This document shows positions 49,174 to 56,957 of a stretch of DNA of 56,957 nt, one piece after another (the stretch's first letter is position 1; each line of letters begins with the position of its first letter). The translations under genes were made by a program, and so were the position numbers. Below the pieces are notes generated by a model, which was not told the origin of the DNA, did no database searches, and saw nothing but the letters and a program-made list of their open reading frames with translations. The stretch is from the sequence record SRR20825019_616; one strand, 5' to 3'.

Positions 49174-49968
49174 CTACTCGTCTTTCCATTCCGGTTTGCG
49201 CTTGTCCAGAAACGCACAGATGCCTTCGTGGGCATCTGCAGCCTGCAGGTTCTTTGCCATCACTTCCGACGTAAAGTCGTAGGCCTCGGCCAGCCCCATC
49301 TCCAGTTGTTGATAGAACGCCTCCTTGCCAATCTTCAGGGTATGGCCGGATTTGCCGGTAATGGTCGCGGCCAGGCGGTAGACGGTTTCGTCAAGAACCT
49401 GCTCATCCACCACACGGTTGACCAGCCCAATCTGTTCCGCCTTCAGCGCACCGACCATCTCACCGGTCAACAGCATTTCCATGGCCTGCTTGCGGGATAC
49501 GTTGCGGGACAACGCCACCATGGGCGTGGAGCAAAACAGGCCAATGTTCACGCCCGGCGTGGCAAAACGCGCGGTATCCGCTGCCACCGCCAGATCGCAA
49601 CTGGCCACCAGCTGGCAACCGGCAGCGGTCGCCACGCCAGCCACACGGGCAATCACCGGTTTTGGCAGGTTCACAATCTGCTGCATCACCTTGCTGCACT
49701 GGTTGAACAGTTTCAGTTGGAACTCATGGCTGTCGAGCTGCTCGCGGATTTCCCGCAGGTCGTGCCCGGCGCAGAACACCTGCCCTGCAGCCGCGATGAC
49801 CACCACCCGCGTGTCCACGTCATCCGCAACAGATTCCAGTTCGGCGGAAAGCGCTTCCAGCATGGCCATGGACAGGCTGTTTCGGCGCTCCGGCTGGTTC
49901 AGCGTCAGTGTGGTGATTCCGTTTTCGGAGTATTTCTTTACCAACACCTCGGTTTGCTCGATCATCAT
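49174..49968 (-). CDS. Enoyl-CoA hydratase/isomerase family protein
   Basis: FCAGHDL, ATAAGCQLVASCD, PGVNIGLFCSTP. Confidence 0.92.
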   Translation of the reverse strand: MMIEQTEVLVKKYSENGITTLTLNQPERRNSLSMAMLEALSAELESVADDVDTRVVVIAAAGQVFCAGHDLREIREQLDSHEFQLKLFNQCSKVMQQIVNLPKPVIARVAGVATAAGCQLVASCDLAVAADTARFATPGVNIGLFCSTPMVALSRNVSRKQAMEMLLTGEMVGALKAEQIGLVNRVVDEQVLDETVYRLAATITGKSGHTLKIGKEAFYQQLEMGLAEAYDFTSEVMAKNLQAADAHEGICAFLDKRKPEWKDE

Positions 49969-50005
49969 GCCCCCTACTTCGTTTTCCTGATGTATCCTTT
50001 ATCCC

Positions 50006-51472
50006 ATGAGAGATACAAAGAAACAACGCCGGGAACTGGAAAAGCAACTCACCGAAGTCTCCTCCTACAAGCACTGGCTCGCCACCGCCACAAACCTGGA
50101 TGAACTGGAGGGAACACTGGCGTGGCGGGAAGAGGATGGCTGCGAACTGCTCCACGAAGCCCTGATTCGCGACCACATCACGGCCATGAAACGCTGCCGC
50201 GACAAAGGCGATACCCGAGCGCTGACGCGGGTACTGCAGGAAAGCCTTTATCGCCACCTGGGTGAGATTGGCAACCCTGACCTCTACGCCATCGCCTGGA
50301 GCGGTACCAAAGTCCTGGTCAGCGAGTTCCTTGATGAAGTGGAACGTTCCATGAACTTCCTCTGCGACAACCCCATGCCGGGCGTATCCGACCAGCAAAA
50401 GCTGCGCCTGTTCCGGGATGCTGAACGAGTGTATGGCCGCCCGGCCCTTATGTTGAGTGGTGGCGCCGCCTTCGGGATCTATCATATTGGTGTCACCCGC
50501 GCACTTTGGCAGGAAGGCCTGCTTCCCGACGTGATTGCCGGCTCCAGCATGGGGGCGATTGTCGCCGGCGCCATCTGTACCCGCAACAATCGCGAGCTCG
50601 AACGCTTTTTCAACGACCCCGGGGAGATCCATCTGGATGCCTTCCGCTGGCTCGAACCCAAGCGCATCTGGCGAAAGCGTCATGCCATGGACCAGTTCCA
50701 GCTGCTCCACCACATTCGCACCAACATCGGCCGTACCAGCTTTCAGGAAGCGGCTGAACGAAGTGGCCGCACCCTGAATATCTCCGTATCGCCGACCCGC
50801 ACTCGCCAGAAACCCCGCCTGCTGAACAATCTGGCCTCACCGGAGGTACTGGTGGATTCCGCCATCCTGGCATCCTGTGCCGTGCCTGGCATCTATCCCC
50901 CGGTAACACTTCAGGCCAGGGACAAGGACAGGGGGAAAACCGGGGGCAAGCCCTATATGCCCACGGAGCGCTGGATCGACGGCAGCGTTCATGGCGACCT
51001 GCCGCTGATGCGCATGGCGCGGCTGCATAACGTTAATCGCACCATTGTCAGCCAGGCGAATCCCCACGTGTTGCCCTTTATCAGCCATCACCACCAGCGC
51101 GGCCCGGGCGCCTCTGCCAAACAGGCTGCCGCATCGCTGATGCACGCCCAGGTAGCGACAACGCTTCAGCTCACCCGCAACAGCTGGTCATCAACTGTAC
51201 TGCGGCCTTTACTGGAGCAGGCCCACGCCATGGCCACGCAGACCTACCTGGGGGACATCAACATACAGTTCCCGTTCAAACCGCTGCTGTATCGCAAGAT
51301 ATTGTCCAACCCCAACAAGGAAGACCTGGAAATGTTCATCCGGCTTGGAGAACAGGCTACCTGGCCGAGAATGGCCATGATTCGAGATCAGACACGCATC
51401 AGCCGCACCTTCAGCGACTGCATCACCCGGCTTGAGAAAGCCTGCGCCGCCAACGACAACGCAGCGGAGTAG
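50006..51472 (+). CDS. Patatin-like phospholipase with DUF3336 (TAG lipase-like)
   Basis: LSGGAAFG, GSSMG, IDGS motifs. Confidence 0.9.
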   Translation: MRDTKKQRRELEKQLTEVSSYKHWLATATNLDELEGTLAWREEDGCELLHEALIRDHITAMKRCRDKGDTRALTRVLQESLYRHLGEIGNPDLYAIAWSGTKVLVSEFLDEVERSMNFLCDNPMPGVSDQQKLRLFRDAERVYGRPALMLSGGAAFGIYHIGVTRALWQEGLLPDVIAGSSMGAIVAGAICTRNNRELERFFNDPGEIHLDAFRWLEPKRIWRKRHAMDQFQLLHHIRTNIGRTSFQEAAERSGRTLNISVSPTRTRQKPRLLNNLASPEVLVDSAILASCAVPGIYPPVTLQARDKDRGKTGGKPYMPTERWIDGSVHGDLPLMRMARLHNVNRTIVSQANPHVLPFISHHHQRGPGASAKQAAASLMHAQVATTLQLTRNSWSSTVLRPLLEQAHAMATQTYLGDINIQFPFKPLLYRKILSNPNKEDLEMFIRLGEQATWPRMAMIRDQTRISRTFSDCITRLEKACAANDNAAE

Positions 51473-51476
51473 CGGC

Positions 51477-52349
51477 TTGCAGACGACCCGACTCAAAGGC
51501 CTGACCATTGCCGCACTGGGTGTGCTGTTCATCGTGCCGGACGCCCTTCTGGTGAAAATCACCTCCGTGGAGCCGGTGGTGTTTCTGTTCTGGCGCGGGC
51601 TGCTGCTTGCGTTCAGCTTTCTGGTGATCAGTTCGGTACGCTATCGCGCCCGCCTGGGGACGGAGATCCGTCGATGCGGCTGGAAAGGAGTGTTCTGCGC
51701 AGTCGCCTTCGGGTTAAGCCAGTTGGGTTTTGTGATGGGCATGAAGAACACCGCCGCTGGCAACGTACTGGTCATCCTCAACACCTCACCGGTCATTGCC
51801 GCACTCATCGCCTGGCTGGTCTGGAAAGAAGCCCTGCCGTGGCGAACCTGGGTGGTCATCCTCGTCTGCGTGGCGGGCGCCACCCTGATGGCCCTGGGCG
51901 AGTGGGGCCGTGGTGACCCATTAGGGCTGATCATGGCGGGCGTTGCGGCGACCGCTCTGGCGCTGAATCTCAACGTGGCACGCTCAAAGCCGGACAGCGA
52001 TATGAGCCTTGTACTGATGTTCGGCGCGCTGCTCGTTGCCGGCGTCGCAGCCCTGGCGGGCGGCGCAGTGATGCTCTCTCCCAGGGATGCCGTATTCATC
52101 GCCCTGCTCTGCCTGTTCTTCCTGCCGGCGGCCTGCGTGCTCATCCAGATTGGCCCGCGTTACATTCCGGCCGCAGAAGTCAGCCTGATGCTGTTACTGG
52201 AAACCATACTGGGCTCTTTCCTGGTGTGGCTGTTCCTCGGCGAGGTTCCCACCACCCTGAGCCTGATCGGCGGCGCCATTGTCTTCTCCGCACTGATGGT
52301 CCATGGCTGGATCGAGGTACAACGGTATCGGCAAACCAGTTCGGCCTGA
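51477..52349 (+). CDS. DMT/EamA family transporter
   Basis: About 10 TMs, GPRYIPAAEVSLMLLLE; likely TTG start at 51477. Confidence 0.88.
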   Translation: MQTTRLKGLTIAALGVLFIVPDALLVKITSVEPVVFLFWRGLLLAFSFLVISSVRYRARLGTEIRRCGWKGVFCAVAFGLSQLGFVMGMKNTAAGNVLVILNTSPVIAALIAWLVWKEALPWRTWVVILVCVAGATLMALGEWGRGDPLGLIMAGVAATALALNLNVARSKPDSDMSLVLMFGALLVAGVAALAGGAVMLSPRDAVFIALLCLFFLPAACVLIQIGPRYIPAAEVSLMLLLETILGSFLVWLFLGEVPTTLSLIGGAIVFSALMVHGWIEVQRYRQTSSA

Positions 52350-52478
52350 CGCATCCGTTGATGTACGGACATTCCCCGCCGATTTGTAAGCCACCCAAGA
52401 CGCCGGGCGGCAAAAACTGGATAATGGCCCTCCGGCTTTTGAAAGCCCGCTCAATTCTGCAAACCCGGTACGCTGTTC

Positions 52479-54674
52479 ATGGAAATCAAAGTTAATTTTC
52501 TCGAAAACCTCAGGCTTGAAGCCAAGTTTGACGATTTCACCGTGGTCACGGACCAGCCCATTCGCTACAAAGGCGACGGCTCGGCCCCCAGCCCGTTCGA
52601 TTATTTCCTGGCGTCATCGGCGCTCTGTGCGGCGTACTTTGTGCGGGTTTACTGCAAGGCGCGGGACATTCCCACGGAAAACATCCGCCTGTCGCAGAAC
52701 AACATTGTCGACCCGGAAAACCGCTACAACCAGATTTTCAGAATTGAGGTGGAACTGCCGGAAAACATTTCCGACAAGGACCGCCAGGGCATCCTGCGCT
52801 CGATTGACCGCTGCACCGTGAAAAAAGTGGTACAGACCGGCCCCGAGTTCCAGATTGAAACCGTCGAAAACCTCGACAAAGACGCCCAGGCCCTGCTGAT
52901 GGCCCCGGAAGGTGACACCAGCACCTACATCGAGGGCAAGGACCTCCCGCTGGAACAGACCATCGCCAACATGAGCGGCATACTGGCGGACTTGGGCATG
53001 AAGATCGAAATCGCCTCCTGGCGCAACATCGTGCCCCACGTGTGGTCGCTGCACATTCGTGATGCCGCCTCCCCGATGTGCTTCACCAACGGCAAGGGTG
53101 CTACCAAGGAAAGCGCTCTATGCTCGGCATTGGGTGAATTCATCGAACGCCTGAGCTGCAATTTCTTCTACAACGACCAGTTCTTCGGCGAAGACATCGC
53201 CAACAGCGATTTCGTCCACTACCCCGACGAAAAATGGTTCAAGCCAGGGCCGGACGACGAGCTGCCCGACGGCATCCTCGACGACCACTGTCTGGCCATC
53301 TACAACCCGGAAGGCGAACTCTGCGGGTCCAACCTGATCGACACCAATTCCGGCAAGACCGACCGGGGCATCGTGTCGTTACCGTTCGTACGCCAGTCCG
53401 ACGGCGAAACGGTGTATTTCCCCTCCAACCTGATCGAGAACCTGTTCCTCAGCAACGGCATGAGCGCGGGCAACACCTTGCCAGAAGCCCAGGTACAGTG
53501 CCTGTCTGAAATCTTCGAGCGCGCCGTCAAGAAGCAGATCATTGAAGAGGAAATGGCGCTGCCGGACGTGCCGCAGAGTGTGCTGGATAAATACCCGCAC
53601 ATTGTTGAGGGCATCAATGCTCTGGAAGCACAGGGCTTCCCGATCCTGGTGAAAGATGCCTCCCTGGGCGGTCGATTCCCGGTTATGTGCGTGACGCTGA
53701 TGAACCCGCGAAACGGCGGCGTGTTCGCCTCTTTCGGCGCGCATCCGAGTTTCGAGGTGGCGCTGGAACGCAGCCTGACCGAACTGCTGCAGGGCCGCAG
53801 TTTTGAGAACCTCAACGACGTACCGGCGCCCACCTTTAGCACCCAGGCGGTGACGGAGCCCAACAACTTTGTTGAGCACTTTATCGATTCCACGGGCGTG
53901 GTGTCCTGGCGGTTCTTCAGCGCCAAATCCGACCTGGAGTTCTGCGAATGGAACTTCTCCGGCACCAACGAAGAAGAAGCCAGCACCCTGTTCGGCATTC
54001 TGGAAGACCTTGGCAAAGAAGTGTACGTGGCCACCCATGAAGACCTGGGCGCGCCGGTATGCCGCATCCTGGTGCCCGGCTATTCCGAGGTCTACCCGGT
54101 GGAAGATCTGGTGTGGGACAACACCAACATGGCGCTGGACTACCGCGAGGATATCCTCAACCTCCACGCCCTCAGCAATGATCAACTGGCCGACCTGGCC
54201 GAGCGCCTGGAAGCCAGCCAGCTCGACAACTACATGACCATCATCAGCCTGATTGGCATCGAGTTCGACGAGAACACAATTTGGGGCCAACTCACCATTC
54301 TGGAACTGAAACTGCTGATCTGCCTGGCCCTGCAATGGCACGAAGAAGCCCAGGAATTTGTCGACATGTTCCTGCAGTTCAACGACAACACCGTGGAGCG
54401 CAACCTGTTCTACCGTGCCGTTAACACCGTTCTGGAAATAACCCTGAGTGACGAACTTGAACTGCCCGACTACCTGCCCAATCTGCAGCGCATGTTCGGC
54501 GAAGACAACATGGCCGCCGTGGTTGGCTCAGTCACCGGCGAAGTACGCTTCCACGGCCTGACGCCCACCAGCATGAAACTGGAAGGCCTGGAGAAGCATC
54601 AGCGGTTGGTTGATAGCTATAAGAAGTTACATGCTGCCCGCGCCGTGAAGGCCGGCTTGAGACAAGCCGAATAA
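52479..54674 (+). CDS. OsmC domain / YcaO domain fusion protein
   Basis: N-terminal TDQP...PSPFDYFLASSALC...RCTV (OsmC); TNGKG, SALGEFIER, SNGMSAG, LSEIFER, ELLQGR (YcaO). Confidence 0.92.
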   Translation: MEIKVNFLENLRLEAKFDDFTVVTDQPIRYKGDGSAPSPFDYFLASSALCAAYFVRVYCKARDIPTENIRLSQNNIVDPENRYNQIFRIEVELPENISDKDRQGILRSIDRCTVKKVVQTGPEFQIETVENLDKDAQALLMAPEGDTSTYIEGKDLPLEQTIANMSGILADLGMKIEIASWRNIVPHVWSLHIRDAASPMCFTNGKGATKESALCSALGEFIERLSCNFFYNDQFFGEDIANSDFVHYPDEKWFKPGPDDELPDGILDDHCLAIYNPEGELCGSNLIDTNSGKTDRGIVSLPFVRQSDGETVYFPSNLIENLFLSNGMSAGNTLPEAQVQCLSEIFERAVKKQIIEEEMALPDVPQSVLDKYPHIVEGINALEAQGFPILVKDASLGGRFPVMCVTLMNPRNGGVFASFGAHPSFEVALERSLTELLQGRSFENLNDVPAPTFSTQAVTEPNNFVEHFIDSTGVVSWRFFSAKSDLEFCEWNFSGTNEEEASTLFGILEDLGKEVYVATHEDLGAPVCRILVPGYSEVYPVEDLVWDNTNMALDYREDILNLHALSNDQLADLAERLEASQLDNYMTIISLIGIEFDENTIWGQLTILELKLLICLALQWHEEAQEFVDMFLQFNDNTVERNLFYRAVNTVLEITLSDELELPDYLPNLQRMFGEDNMAAVVGSVTGEVRFHGLTPTSMKLEGLEKHQRLVDSYKKLHAARAVKAGLRQAE

Positions 54675-54690
54675 TACACAGGCTTGAACC

Positions 54691-54714
54691 CCCGAAGGCA
54701 TGGAAGCCTTCGGG
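54691..54714 (+). terminator. Hairpin after the YcaO gene
   Basis: CCCGAAGGC-N6-GCCTTCGGG, no clear U-tract. Confidence 0.45.
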
Positions 54715-54979
54715 CAATGGCTCACCCCAGAAAAGTAATCCTGCAGCCTCAGTGGATCAGCTACAGGTCGCCGTGAACTCTCCCCACAAACCGCCCCTGC
54801 ATTCGTGAAATTACTTGAAGTGACCTGTCATCGCTGAAGACAACCAAGATGAAGCTGGCTTTATTGTTCTTACAAATCATTGACCGACACCCGCTAATTC
54901 ATTATTGATATATTGTTATAACTTTTTGTGAGTTACGATATCGGCATGACTTCTCACCAGAAAATCAGGAGGCATTCCG

Positions 54980-55846
54980 ATGCGTCGACCGATGGTTACT
55001 GCCTTTTTTGAGGAGGCGAGCAAAACGTTCAGTTACGTTGTGAGGGATCCGGAAAGCACAGCCTGCGCCATCATCGATTCAGTCAAGGACTTCGACTATG
55101 CCGCAGGACATACAAGTGTGCACTCGGCCAACGCTATCGCAGATTTCGTCCAGCACGAAGAACTAACAGTAGAGTGGATTCTGGAAACCCATGTTCACGC
55201 CGATCACTTGTCCGCCGCACCATACCTCAACGAAAAATTCGGGGGCCGCATCGGCATTGGCACGAACATCAAAAAGGTGCAGCACATTTTCGGGAAGGTA
55301 TTCAACGCCGGTACTGAATTTGCTCGCGACGGCAGTCAGTTCGACCAGTTGTTCGAGGATGGCGATACCTTTGCTATCGGCAGCCTTGAAGCAAGGGTAC
55401 TGCATACCCCCGGACACACCCCGGCATGTCTAACCTATGTAATCGGCGATGCCGCCTTCGTTGGCGATACGTTGTTCATGCCGGATTACGGTACCGCACG
55501 GTGTGACTTCCCGGGAGGTAATGCACGTGCCCTTTATCGCTCAATTCAGAGAGTCTTGGCTCTGCCGCCGAAGACACGCCTGTTTCTGTGTCATGACTAC
55601 AAGGCATCAGACCGCGAATACTATCAGCACGAAACCACAGTTGCAGAACAGGCCGCTAACAACATCCACGTCCATGAAGGGATAAGTGAGGATGAGTTTG
55701 TAAAGATGCGCACCGAACGTGACGCCACACTCGCAATGCCGCGTCTGCTCCTTCCGTCAATCCAGGTAAACATGAATGCTGGCCAGATGCTCTTCACCGA
55801 GAATGAAGATCAAGCCTATCTAAAGATACCCATTAATCGCTTCTGA
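54980..55846 (+). CDS. Persulfide dioxygenase (ETHE1/Blh-type MBL-fold)
   Basis: LETHVHADH, HTPGHT, GDTLFMPDYGTARCDFPGG, CHDY. Confidence 0.9.
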   Translation: MRRPMVTAFFEEASKTFSYVVRDPESTACAIIDSVKDFDYAAGHTSVHSANAIADFVQHEELTVEWILETHVHADHLSAAPYLNEKFGGRIGIGTNIKKVQHIFGKVFNAGTEFARDGSQFDQLFEDGDTFAIGSLEARVLHTPGHTPACLTYVIGDAAFVGDTLFMPDYGTARCDFPGGNARALYRSIQRVLALPPKTRLFLCHDYKASDREYYQHETTVAEQAANNIHVHEGISEDEFVKMRTERDATLAMPRLLLPSIQVNMNAGQMLFTENEDQAYLKIPINRF

Positions 55847-56017
55847 ACCACTCGTCAGGAGATTTTATGAACATCAGAGTACCCGAGTGTTCTAACTGCC
55901 CACGTAATGAAGCTGCTTAAACGTTGTTCCCCATAACGCATTGGCTACCCCGCTAAGGGCGCGACGTTTTGAACAGTGATGTACTGGCTTCTAAGAAGTC
56001 CTTAAAGGAGACAAAAT

Positions 56018-56479
56018 GTGAACACGATGGCAAATCTCTCCGGATTGGCTGGCGGTGTATTTATCGGTCTGTCGGCCGTGTTGCTGATGGCAACCATCGG
56101 GCGCATCGCCGGGATAAGCGGTATTGTTTCTGGCTTATTGTTGGAGCGTCCTACTGGTGATTCCGCCTGGCGATTGGCCTTTTTGCTCGGCCTGGTCAGC
56201 GGGCCGCTCGCCCTGGTGATCCTGAAACTTGATCTGGGCAATGTCGCGGCAGAGCCCGACGCGATCATTGGTGCGCCTGCGGGTGATGTAGGGTTGATGC
56301 TCCTGGCGGGGCTACTGGTCGGAATTGGCACAGGAATCGGTGGTGGCTGCACCAGTGGCCACGGTGTCTGCGGCTTGGCGCGCTTGTCCCACCGGTCACT
56401 GATCGCAACCCTGACCTTTCTTCTGGTCGCCATGGCCACGGTTTACTTGGTTCGTCACCAGATAGGAGGTGGTGTATGA
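56018..56479 (+). CDS. YeeE/YedE (PmpA-like) sulfur-compound transporter subunit
   Basis: GRIAGISG, GGGCTSGHGVCG. Confidence 0.9.
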   Translation: MNTMANLSGLAGGVFIGLSAVLLMATIGRIAGISGIVSGLLLERPTGDSAWRLAFLLGLVSGPLALVILKLDLGNVAAEPDAIIGAPAGDVGLMLLAGLLVGIGTGIGGGCTSGHGVCGLARLSHRSLIATLTFLLVAMATVYLVRHQIGGGV

Positions 56480-56886
56480 AAGTAATCATAGGCTACCTTG
56501 CCGGACTACTGTTCGGTCTTGGTTTGGCGATTGGAGGCATGACCGACCCCGCTCGGGTACTGAATTTTCTCGATGTTTCCGGCGCCTGGGATCCAACCTT
56601 ACTATTCGTCCTGGGCGGTGCGGTGGTTACCACCTTTATTGGTTATCAGCTGGCTTTTAAACGATCGAATCCGTTGTTCACGGAGAAATTTCAATTGCCC
56701 ACACGCCGTGATCTAGACGGGCGACTGATGGGCGGTGCAGCGCTGTTCGGTATCGGCTGGGGATTATCAGGATATTGTCCGGGGCCAGCCTTCGCCTCCA
56801 TGGCGGGTTTAACCACTCCCCTGGCTGCCATGCTGGTGGCGATGGTGGCCGGCTGGTGGCTCGCAAGGCGCTTTTCCACCCAATAA
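56476..56886 (+). CDS. YeeE/YedE partner (PmpB/DUF6691-like) subunit
   Basis: GMTDPARVLNFLD, WDPTL, FGIGWGLSGYCPGP. Confidence 0.9.
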   Translation: MKVIIGYLAGLLFGLGLAIGGMTDPARVLNFLDVSGAWDPTLLFVLGGAVVTTFIGYQLAFKRSNPLFTEKFQLPTRRDLDGRLMGGAALFGIGWGLSGYCPGPAFASMAGLTTPLAAMLVAMVAGWWLARRFSTQ

Positions 56887-56927
56887 ACAGATCGGCGTAA
56901 AGCCAATTCGGCTTCTTGCTTTTGAAT

Positions 56928-56957
56928 TGGTGCCCGGAGCCGGAATCGAACCGGCAC
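56928..56957 (-). tRNA. 3' part of a tRNA, probably tRNA-Leu (truncated by window edge)
   Basis: Minus strand GTGCCGGTTCGATTCCGGCTCCGGGCACCA: T-arm, acceptor strand, discriminator A and CCA; resembles the leuZ-type 3' end; anticodon is outside the window. Confidence 0.85.

Noticed and set aside
46932-54341. Long antisense ORFs (e.g. 46932-47684, 47778-48782, 49228-50103, 53379-54341)
   Set aside because: They overlap well-supported genes on the opposite strand, as is typical of GC-rich codon bias, and show no recognisable motifs.
54715-56957. Integrase-type genomic island bounded by a tRNA att duplication
   Set aside because: No integrase and no second copy of the tRNA 3' end was found by eye.

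Overview
Chromosomal segment of a marine gammaproteobacterium; gene content suggests Marinobacter, but that is an inference. The window spans the replication terminus: a canonical dif site lies at 9469-9496 and the KOPS motifs found by eye switch orientation around it. Most of it is ordinary core or accessory metabolism (recQ, trkH, acpH, an MCP, ABC transporters, esterases). Three loci stand out. (1) A 725-bp element bracketed by two dif-type sites looks like a minimal non-autonomous Xer-integrated satellite. It carries a Rep_trans-type rolling-circle origin hairpin and only a fragment of a filamentous-phage gene II/X-like protein. (2) At 12-21.8 kb, a co-directional YfiR / CHASE8-HAMP kinase / receiver / REC-GGDEF-EAL signalling run continues into a ThDP enzyme and two citrate-synthase-fold proteins lacking the canonical catalytic residues, and faces a TonB-dependent receptor. 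This is a candidate uncharacterised 'make-and-sense' small-molecule system. (3) A selenium cluster (oxidoreductase-SelD fusion, SenB selenosugar synthase, PhnD/C/E-like ABC transporter) has no senA in the window. The window also contains an unannotated 47-aa secreted peptide gene, an orphan CadR/PbrR-type promoter, a triplicated 24-bp repeat at a sigma28 promoter, a RES-Xre toxin-antitoxin pair, an OsmC-YcaO fusion, and a persulfide dioxygenase/YeeE islet next to a truncated tRNA at the right edge. All family calls are by visual motif recognition; no database searches were run.
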